Below, piece by piece: positions 57,306 through 64,000 of a stretch of DNA of 64,000 bases. Below the pieces are notes generated by a model. That model was not told where the DNA came from. It was given only the letters and a program-made list of their open reading frames with translations, and ran no database searches. Numbering within the stretch: position 1 is the first letter of the stretch; the number at the start of each line of letters is the position of its first letter. The stretch is from contig JBBAKX010000003.1 in the NCBI GenBank assembly GCA_040403315.1, forward strand, positions 29,627 through 93,626, given 5' to 3'. The stretch is from Flavobacteriales bacterium. GTDB taxonomy: Bacteria > Bacteroidota > Bacteroidia > M30B66. The translations under genes and the position numbers were made by a program.

Positions 57306-57375
57306 AATCTGAATATGCCGCGCAAAGATAAAATTAGATGAACGCAGCAGGGCATTCTTTTAATATATGTATCAA

Positions 57376-57404
57376 CAAAAAAAGACTACCGTTTCCGATA
57401 GTCT
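57376..57404 (-). terminator. Rho-independent terminator downstream of tRNA-Phe (minus strand)
   Basis: Minus-strand RNA AGACUAUCG-GAAA-CGGUAGUCU (9-bp stem with one G-U, GNRA-like loop) followed by UUUUUUU. Confidence 0.55.
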
Positions 57405-57417
57405 TCTTTTTCTTGTG

Positions 57418-57490
57418 TGGTGCCTCCAGGGATCGAACCAGGGACACAAGGATTTTCAGTCCTTTGCTCTACCATCTGAGCTAAGGCACC
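57418..57490 (-). tRNA. tRNA-Phe (anticodon GAA)
   Basis: Reverse complement GGTGCCTTAGCTCAGATGGTAGAGCAAAGGACTGAAAATCCTTGTGTCCCTGGTTCGATCCCTGGAGGCACCA. Canonical D-arm, anticodon loop CUGAAAA, T-loop TTCGATC, 7-bp acceptor stem. CCA not encoded. One U-U in the T-stem as read. Confidence 0.85.
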
Positions 57491-57515
57491 AACCGTAGCG
57501 CTCGAAAGCGGGATG

Positions 57516-57523
57516 CAAAAATA
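57516..57523 (-). promoter_or_regulatory. Candidate -7 element (TATTTTTG on minus strand) for tRNA-Phe
   Basis: Minus strand reads TATTTTTG about 26 nt upstream of the tRNA 5-prime end. Confidence 0.3.
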
Positions 57524-57644
57524 GTATGATTTTCTTTCATTGCAAGTGTTTTTGAATTTTCTTGTGCAAATGCCAATAAATCAAGGCGTCAAAATAATTT
57601 AAACACGATTTTTTCGTTCCTTTTTCTCATTTTACACACAAATT

Positions 57645-58388
57645 TTGAAGCCGCTTCTCACCGTTTTCTGCTTAATGATTTCAATTTTTTCAGAAGGACA
57701 AGATTTTCTATCCGCGCAACTTAAGCATGTTAGGGTTTCTGAAGCATGGAAAGTAGAAAATGCTTCCATTGTCTCAAAGTTAAAAGCTGTTGGAGTTTCA
57801 AGTGCTAAATTTTACCTCTTTTTAAGAGCTTTCAAGCAAGAAAAGCAACTAGAGGCTTGGGTTTCGGCTTCGCCTGATGGGCCATATACTTTATTAGCAG
57901 CTTATAATGTTTGTGCAGCATCCGGAAGTCTTGGTCCGAAAATCAAGCAAGGTGATCAACAAGTGCCTGAAGGTGTTTATTGCATCGATCGTTTTAATCC
58001 TTCGTCGGCATTTCACCTTTCACTTGGTATTGATTATCCTAATGCGGCCGACAAAAAGCGAAGTACTAACCAAAACCCTGGAGGCGACATCTTTATTCAT
58101 GGCGCGTGTGCAAGCATTGGTTGTTTAGCTATCACAAATACTTATATCAATGAGTTGTATATGATCGCGGTATTAGCACGAAACGGCGGACAAACAAAAA
58201 TCCCCGTGCATATTTTCCCTTTTCATATGGATGAAAATGCGATGCACCTCGTTGATAGAATCCAGTCAACAAACCAATGGAAGCCTTTTTGGGAAAACCT
58301 TGCAATTGTTTATCGTTTCTTTGAGGAACAATCGAAGCCAGGTGTTTGGAAGTCGAACTCTTCGGGAAAATTTATACTTTCAAAGTAA
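57645..58388 (+). CDS. L,D-transpeptidase family protein (YkuD-like)
   Basis: Signal peptide. Catalytic motif FIHGACASIGCLAITN (His...Cys of L,D-transpeptidases). Confidence 0.65.
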   Translation: MKPLLTVFCLMISIFSEGQDFLSAQLKHVRVSEAWKVENASIVSKLKAVGVSSAKFYLFLRAFKQEKQLEAWVSASPDGPYTLLAAYNVCAASGSLGPKIKQGDQQVPEGVYCIDRFNPSSAFHLSLGIDYPNAADKKRSTNQNPGGDIFIHGACASIGCLAITNTYINELYMIAVLARNGGQTKIPVHIFPFHMDENAMHLVDRIQSTNQWKPFWENLAIVYRFFEEQSKPGVWKSNSSGKFILSK

Positions 58389-58424
58389 TGTTTTGGAAGA
58401 TATTTTTATATTTGGTAGTTCAAC

Positions 58425-59018
58425 ATGGTACAATTGAAATCTGCCCTCGACATTTTCCGGTCGCAACTTAATGACTTGCACACGCTTCCTTTGGCCGATT
58501 GGAAGAGGTTTTCCAGTATTTGGCATTTGCATGAAATGGGCAGAAAAGAATTGATGACCCGTCAAGGAGAATCTGAACGTTATGCCTATTTTGTTTTAGA
58601 AGGTTTGCAACGTGCCTTTTATTCTGATGATCGTGGAAAAGAGCACACTGTGGTTTTTACTTATCCAAACTCATTTTCGGGTGTCGCTGATTCATTTTTG
58701 CTAGGGAAGCCAGCCTTGTACGATATGGAAACCCTTACCAAGAGTAAGTTTCTTCGTGCCGATCGGGTGGCAGTTTTAGATCTTTGTCATTCGCATCCCG
58801 AAATTCTAAAACTTATTCATCAAGCTACTTCTATTGCGCTCCGACTTGCAGTGCAAAGGCAAATCGAACTCATGGCATGTTCTGCAGAAGAAAAATTTAG
58901 ATTGATCATGGGAAGAAGTCCACAATTGCTTAATCTTTCTCCACAGAAGTACATAGCATCCTATTTAGGGATGGATCCTGCAACATTTTCGAAGCTAATC
59001 AGTCGAGTAGAATTCTAG
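58425..59018 (+). CDS. Crp/Fnr-family transcriptional regulator (cNMP-binding domain + C-terminal HTH)
   Basis: Beta-roll region YFVLEGLQRAFYSDDRGKEHTV. C-terminal HTH YIASYLGMDPATFSKLISR. Confidence 0.75.
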   Translation: MVQLKSALDIFRSQLNDLHTLPLADWKRFSSIWHLHEMGRKELMTRQGESERYAYFVLEGLQRAFYSDDRGKEHTVVFTYPNSFSGVADSFLLGKPALYDMETLTKSKFLRADRVAVLDLCHSHPEILKLIHQATSIALRLAVQRQIELMACSAEEKFRLIMGRSPQLLNLSPQKYIASYLGMDPATFSKLISRVEF

Positions 59019-59358
59019 CATTATTAAAAGCATAGACTTTAAAAATACTCTCCGATTTTCAATTGAACACAAGAAAAGTCATCCTCCCAAAAAATGGCTC
59101 TTGGGTGATAATTTCCTACCGATTCTTTGAGAGAATTCGATATTTAACCCCTATTTGAAGCTAATAATTTCCTGAAACCTTCCTAAAAAGGGATCGATAA
59201 CATCAACTTTACAATTCCTTAATCGACATTGATTTTGGTTCACAGGAATCTCAATTTACCTTTTTTTGCACCTTTGTCAACTAGCCAGCAAATTAGTCGA
59301 ACGGTCGAAATCGGAAATTTTAAGAAATGTAAATCGCTGATAATTAAGACAAAAAGAA

Positions 59359-59395
59359 AGGGCGTCCTAAAAATAGAACGCCCTTTTATCTTTTT
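59359..59395 (-). terminator. Hairpin terminator immediately downstream of tRNA-His (minus strand); stem also readable on plus strand
   Basis: AGGGCGT-12 nt-ACGCCCT with T-tracts on both flanks. Confidence 0.5.
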
Positions 59396-59472
59396 GGGTG
59401 GCTAATGGGGCTCGAACCCACGACCTCTAGATCCACAAACTAGCGCTCTAACCGCCTGAGCTATAACCACCG
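59396..59472 (-). tRNA. tRNA-His (anticodon GTG) with encoded G-1
   Basis: Reverse complement G-GTGGTTATAGCTCAGGCGGTTAGAGCGCTAGTTTGTGGATCTAGAGGTCGTGGGTTCGAGCCCCATTAGCCCACCCA. D-arm, anticodon loop UUGUGGA and T-arm closely parallel E. coli tRNA-His, including the extra 5-prime G. The acceptor 3-prime strand has an extra C relative to a perfect stem; ends are approximate. Confidence 0.75.
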
Positions 59473-59484
59473 TATCGAGGGCGC

Positions 59485-59492
59485 AAATATAG
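59485..59492 (-). promoter_or_regulatory. Candidate -7 element TATATTTG (minus strand) with -33 TTG for tRNA-His
   Basis: Minus strand reads TTGAAATTAATGAATTGCTATATTTG, then 12 nt, then the tRNA 5-prime end. Confidence 0.4.
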
Positions 59493-59688
59493 CAATTCAT
59501 TAATTTCAAAAAATCGGTTCAAAAACTTTATTGTAATTTTGTCGCAGAATTCAGGATTTTGAAACGACCTCCCTAAATGTAGGACCAAGTGATCTACAAC
59601 GACTGTGAATATTTCGTTGCAATTACGCACGATGCATTTGTGTAACGAATCGTTTCTCTCATTTATCTTAATCCTGTAGTTTTTTTTC

Positions 59689-60999
59689 ATGTTAATACAA
59701 ATACTGATTACCCTTTTACTTGTTGTACTGAACGGTTTTTTCGTTGCAGCTGAATTCGCTATCGTCAAAGTTCGTCATTCACAAGTTGAACTCCGAGCTA
59801 CACAAGGCAGCGGCGTTGCTAAAATAGCAAAGCATATACTCGATCATCTCGATGGTTACCTCAGTGCCTGTCAACTCGGAATTACCATTGCCAGTCTTGC
59901 ACTTGGTTGGATTGGCGAAGCTGTTGTGAATGATATTGTTCTTTCGATTATGGATAATCTAGGTTATACCATGACAGTAGAAGCATCACATGCCATTTCA
60001 ATACCGATTGCCTTTTCACTCATCACTGTATTACATATAGTATTGGGCGAACAAGTGCCAAAAACTGCCGCTATCCGCAAGCCGCTTCCAACAACTTTCT
60101 TTGTTGCCGTTCCACTTCGTGTAATTTATTTTGTCTTTCGTCCGTTAATCTGGGCGCTCAATGGCTTGTCGATCCTCACCTTGAAAATTTTTGGTTTGGC
60201 AGGTGCCGACCACGTTGAAATTCACACCGAAGAGGAACTTCGAATGATACTCACCGAATCGGAAGAAGGTGGAGCTATCAAGCCATCCGAGCACGAACTT
60301 ATCCAGAACGTTTTTGAATTCGACGATCGAATTGTACGTCAGATCTATATCCCACGTACACGTGTAATGGCGATTGACATTGACGACGACCTCGAAAAGA
60401 ATATCGAGAAAGTGATCGAAGAAGGATATTCAAGAATGCCAGTTTACAAAGACAGCATCGACAATATTCTTGGAATCGTTCACGCAAAAGACCTTATTCG
60501 ACTGATACATAAAAAGCAAATCATCGATCTTGAAGGCATGTTGCGCCCTGCTTATTATGTTCCGATGAGTAAGCAAGTGAATGATTTACTGCGTGAATTG
60601 CAACGTCAGCATATACAAATGGCTATCGTTACAAACGAATTTGGTGGAACTGAAGGAATTGTAACAATGGAAGATATCATCGAAGAACTCGTGGGTGAAA
60701 TCCAAGATGAGCACGATGAGGAAAAACCTGCAGTGGAGAAGAAATCCGAAATGGAATACTTAGTAAATGCAACTGCTAACATTTCTGATGTAAACGATCT
60801 GCTTCCTATTTCCTTAGAAGAAGGAACGGATTACGAAACCGTTTCAGGCTTGGTGAACAAAATTTTTGGTGGAATTCCCGCTGTGAACGAAGGTGTTGAT
60901 TATGGCGGCTATCGATTCACAATTACAAAGCGCTTCAAGCACAGCGTAGAACAAGTGCGGCTTACTGTTATAGACACAGACGCCGTGCACAACGATTAA
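59689..60999 (+). CDS. CNNM/CorC/HlyC-family transporter (DUF21 + CBS pair + CorC_HlyC)
   Basis: N-terminal DUF21 with the conserved NGFFVAAEFAIVKVR motif, tandem CBS domains, and a C-terminal transporter-associated domain. Confidence 0.85.
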   Translation: MLIQILITLLLVVLNGFFVAAEFAIVKVRHSQVELRATQGSGVAKIAKHILDHLDGYLSACQLGITIASLALGWIGEAVVNDIVLSIMDNLGYTMTVEASHAISIPIAFSLITVLHIVLGEQVPKTAAIRKPLPTTFFVAVPLRVIYFVFRPLIWALNGLSILTLKIFGLAGADHVEIHTEEELRMILTESEEGGAIKPSEHELIQNVFEFDDRIVRQIYIPRTRVMAIDIDDDLEKNIEKVIEEGYSRMPVYKDSIDNILGIVHAKDLIRLIHKKQIIDLEGMLRPAYYVPMSKQVNDLLRELQRQHIQMAIVTNEFGGTEGIVTMEDIIEELVGEIQDEHDEEKPAVEKKSEMEYLVNATANISDVNDLLPISLEEGTDYETVSGLVNKIFGGIPAVNEGVDYGGYRFTITKRFKHSVEQVRLTVIDTDAVHND

Positions 61000-61003
61000 A
61001 ATA

Positions 61004-63142
61004 ATGATGCTGCAAAGCCCGTCGAAGTTGGAGGCTCCGGAAATCGTCTGGAAAGTCGACGGGATGACTTGCGCAAATTGTGCTCAAGGAATTCGAAAAG
61101 TATTGGTAAAAAAAGGCTTGGAAGACGCCCATGCGAGCTTCGCAAATGGAGAGGTGTCTTTCACACAAGTCGAAGATTATGCGTTAGATCAAGTTAAGAT
61201 CGACATTGAAAATCTCGGTTACTCTGTGCAAATTGAGCAGAATAATCAACCTAAACCACGGTTTTCAGCACTCGAGAAACGCCTTCTCTTTTCGATCATT
61301 TTTACGATTCCTTTGCTGTTGCACATGGTGGTTGATCTTCCAATTTTGCACAAGCCAATTGTCCAATTGCTACTGAGCATTCCGGTAATGTTAGTTGGTC
61401 TAGATTATTTTGGAAGAAGTGCTTGGAACTCATTAAAAACCGGCATTCCCAATATGGATGTGCTGATTACCATTGGTTCAACATCCGCGTTTCTATATAG
61501 TGTTTTTGGTGCCTTTGTGCTTGATCCATCGCAAGCCCACAATTATTTGTTTTTTGAAACTGCAGCCAGCATCATTACTTTGGTGTTGCTTGGAAATGTG
61601 CTCGAACAGCGCTCTGTAAAACAAACTGGAAGTGCTCTCAGAGCTTTGGCCGCCTTGATCCCTTTAGAAGCCATCCGCGTAGATCTTTCTCATGGTCATG
61701 AAAATTTGGAAACCATTTCGGTCGACAAAATCAAAACCGCTGATCTGCTGCGCGTAAACGAAGGTGGAAGAGTTCCATCAGATGGTATTGTGTTTCAAGG
61801 TGAAGGTTTGGTTGATGAAAGCATGATCACAGGCGAAAGCCTCCCAGTGCAAAAAAATCTCAACCAAGAAATTATAGGTGGAACCTTATTAATCAGTGGC
61901 AATATTCTGATGAAAGTCACCAGAACTGGAAAACAAACTACATTGTCTAGTATTGTTGAAATGGTTCGTAAGGCTCAAAACGACAAGCCACCAGTGCAAA
62001 AGCTTGGCGACAAAATCAGCTCAGTGTTCGTGCCTGCAGTTTTACTTATTGCACTGGTTACGCTTATTGTTTCCAAATCTTTAGGGCTTACTTGGAGCGA
62101 TAGTCTGATGCATTCGATCGCAGTGCTTGTTATTTCTTGTCCTTGTGCAATGGGTCTTGCTACTCCAACAGCAATAATGGCTGGATTGGGAAGCGCTGCT
62201 CAAAAAGGTGTGCTCTTTCGCAGTGGTACTGATGTGGAAATGTTAGCCAAAACACAAATCTTGGTTTTCGATAAAACGGGTACACTTACCGAGGGCCGCT
62301 TCAGTCTCCAACAACTAAAAATCTACAATGAAACCTACAAAGATTCAGTAGATTCGATAGTAATAGCACTCGAAAATGCCTCCAATCATCCTTTGGCAGC
62401 TTCATTAAGAGAGATTTTTAAAGGGGTGATCCCCGTGGCAATGACCGATATTTTAGAAGTGAAAGGTATCGGTATGCAAGGAGTGCTTTCGGATGGCAGC
62501 ATCGTGAAACTTGGTTCTGGGAAAGTCTTGAATCAAACAAATAAGGCTTCACATGATTTGTATCTTACTGTTAACAACGAACTAATTGCAGGATTAGACT
62601 TGATGGATGTGCTCAAGCCAGATGCAGCTTCAACAATTTCAACATTGAAAGAGTTAGGTTACCGCGTGGTTATGCTAAGTGGCGATCGAAATTCGACCTG
62701 CGAAAGGGTAGGGCAGGCCGCTGGAATCGATGAAATTATCAGTGAATGCTTACCTAGCGATAAAGTGCGCATTATTGGAGAGTTGAAAAAGGAAGCCAAA
62801 GTGGCCATGATTGGCGATGGAATAAATGATGCACCTGCTCTCCATGCCGCTGATGTCTCAGTTTCGATGAGCGCTGCAAGTCAGATAGCGATTGATTCTG
62901 CGGGAGTTATCCTCACTTCAGGCAATAATCTTTCAGAGATTCTTACAGCGCTGAAGATTAGTAAATTAACCCTCCGAACTATTCGGCAAAATCTATTTTG
63001 GGCATTCTTTTACAATGTTGTCGCGATTCCCGTTGCCGCAGTTGGATTTTTAAGTCCGATGATTGCCGCATTTTCGATGGCATTTTCTGACGTGGTCGTA
63101 ATTGGAAATTCTATCAGATTGAAACTACGACGTATCAATTAA
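61004..63142 (+). CDS. Heavy-metal (Cu+-type) translocating P1B-type ATPase
   Basis: N-terminal HMA domain GMTCANCAQGI. TM6 CPC (SCPCAMGLATP). DKTGTLT phosphorylation site. GDGINDAP. TM7 YN and TM8 MAFSDV (MxxS) favour a Cu+ subclass. Confidence 0.8.
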   Translation: MMLQSPSKLEAPEIVWKVDGMTCANCAQGIRKVLVKKGLEDAHASFANGEVSFTQVEDYALDQVKIDIENLGYSVQIEQNNQPKPRFSALEKRLLFSIIFTIPLLLHMVVDLPILHKPIVQLLLSIPVMLVGLDYFGRSAWNSLKTGIPNMDVLITIGSTSAFLYSVFGAFVLDPSQAHNYLFFETAASIITLVLLGNVLEQRSVKQTGSALRALAALIPLEAIRVDLSHGHENLETISVDKIKTADLLRVNEGGRVPSDGIVFQGEGLVDESMITGESLPVQKNLNQEIIGGTLLISGNILMKVTRTGKQTTLSSIVEMVRKAQNDKPPVQKLGDKISSVFVPAVLLIALVTLIVSKSLGLTWSDSLMHSIAVLVISCPCAMGLATPTAIMAGLGSAAQKGVLFRSGTDVEMLAKTQILVFDKTGTLTEGRFSLQQLKIYNETYKDSVDSIVIALENASNHPLAASLREIFKGVIPVAMTDILEVKGIGMQGVLSDGSIVKLGSGKVLNQTNKASHDLYLTVNNELIAGLDLMDVLKPDAASTISTLKELGYRVVMLSGDRNSTCERVGQAAGIDEIISECLPSDKVRIIGELKKEAKVAMIGDGINDAPALHAADVSVSMSAASQIAIDSAGVILTSGNNLSEILTALKISKLTLRTIRQNLFWAFFYNVVAIPVAAVGFLSPMIAAFSMAFSDVVVIGNSIRLKLRRIN

Positions 63143-63179
63143 CGATTAAATCATATACTTTCACCGAAGAATTTTTACT

Positions 63180-64000
63180 TTGAGCGACAGTCCGGAATTT
63201 CACATAGTTTTTCTAGCTTCCTGGTATCCGGGACCTAAACATCCATTGCTTGGTATTTTTATCCGGCGACATGCCGAAGCTGTAGCCCAACAACAAAAGG
63301 TTACTGTGCTTCATGCCGTTCCGGACCTTTCGATGAAAGAAGGTGAGTTTCGCATTGAAAAACACGAAAACGGAAACCTTCGTGAAGTGATAATGCATTA
63401 CGGAAAAAAAACCAGAAGGAACAAGTTTTTGCAAGCTATTGCCCATTTCAAGCTATTGAAAAAGCATTATCGTTTTGGTGCTGAAAAAGTGGAGCAATGG
63501 TACGGTAAACCAGATCTTCTTCACCTTCATGTCGCGTGGCCACTTGGTGCTATTGCAAAGCGCTTGGCGCGGATGTGGAAGATTCCATATGTTGTTACTG
63601 AACATTGGACTGGTTATCAGCCCGAAGATGATCGCTACCGTGGATACGCGATGCGAAGTCTCACAAGAAAAACGTTGCGAAGTGCTAAAGCCATCCTCCC
63701 TGTGAGTGAAAGCTTGAAAAATGCGATGATCAGCCATGGTTTGAAGGGAAATTATATAGTTGTTCCCAATGTGGTGGACGATGAGCTTTTTTATCCAGCC
63801 AATGAACCCATTGAAGGCTTGAAATTGCTTCACGTTTCATCGCTCGATGATGCACAAAAAAATGTAAGTGGATTGCTTCGGCAGTTTGTACAAATCAAAC
63901 GTCAACATCCACAAGCTGAACTGAATATTGTGGGCTCAGGTGCAGATGAATCGGCAATAAAACGTTTGTCTAACGAGCTTGGCCTCACATTTAGAGGTGT
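63180..64000 (+). CDS. Glycosyltransferase family 4, 3-prime partial at window edge (probable TTG start)
   Basis: The frame opens after a TAA at 63147-63149 and has no ATG before residue 60. TTG at 63180 gives MSDSPEFHIVFLASWYPGPKHPLLGIF, a GT4 N-terminal-domain start. Runs off the window end. Confidence 0.55.
   Translation, partial: MSDSPEFHIVFLASWYPGPKHPLLGIFIRRHAEAVAQQQKVTVLHAVPDLSMKEGEFRIEKHENGNLREVIMHYGKKTRRNKFLQAIAHFKLLKKHYRFGAEKVEQWYGKPDLLHLHVAWPLGAIAKRLARMWKIPYVVTEHWTGYQPEDDRYRGYAMRSLTRKTLRSAKAILPVSESLKNAMISHGLKGNYIVVPNVVDDELFYPANEPIEGLKLLHVSSLDDAQKNVSGLLRQFVQIKRQHPQAELNIVGSGADESAIKRLSNELGLTFRG

Noticed and set aside
1-64000. CRISPR arrays, IS elements, prophage or integron structures
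   Set aside because: No direct-repeat/spacer periodicity, no transposase/integrase/recombinase-like ORFs, and no attC-like sites were seen anywhere in the window.

Overview
The window is a 64 kb chromosomal segment from what looks like a Bacteroidota genome. I infer the phylum from low GC, several proteins ending in T9SS (Por) C-terminal sorting domains, TAnnTTTG -7 promoter motifs, and Bacteroidota-typical families (DUF4199, DUF4956, SPOR lipoproteins). I found no transposases, integrases or CRISPR repeats.

Gene content by region:
- 1-17.6 kb: a cell-surface polysaccharide (LPS or O-antigen type) locus. It holds six glycosyltransferases, a Wzy/WaaL-like polymerase or ligase, a GT2 enzyme and a DegT aminotransferase. 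murB, ybaB and a 1745-aa beta-helix T9SS protein with a poly-Asp tract are embedded in it.
- 17.6-30.7 kb: a glycan-metabolism block. It has an AT-rich island with a tiny Lys-rich ORF, a GH130-like glycosidase or phosphorylase, and a GT4 domain fused to an (alpha/alpha)6-like C-terminal domain. These converge on a glgE-mak-glgB operon (GlgE alpha-glucan pathway). A CapD/PglF-type sugar dehydratase and a thioesterase follow.
- 31-34 kb: a VTC(CYTH-like)-DUF4956-DUF2490 membrane module, then glutathione peroxidase.
- 34-64 kb: an Lhr-like helicase, an HTH-Fic protein, a GT4, two tandem SPOR-domain paralogs translationally coupled to an AI-2E transporter, a CXXCH lipoprotein-YceI-beta-barrel trio, a ChlI-like AAA+/VWA pair, a 1087-aa S8 T9SS protease, a CcmB-like protein, BshB1-like deacetylase, PpiD-like chaperone, an lptC-OMP-coaX operon, tRNA-Phe, an L,D-transpeptidase, Crp/Fnr, tRNA-His, CorC/CNNM, a Cu P-type ATPase and a partial GT4.

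The best candidates for undescribed biology are the GH130 plus GT4-(alpha/alpha)6 fusion next to the GlgE pathway, the VTC-DUF4956-DUF2490 module, and the tandem SPOR paralogs.

All calls rest on motif and architecture recognition from the translated ORFs; no database searches were run.
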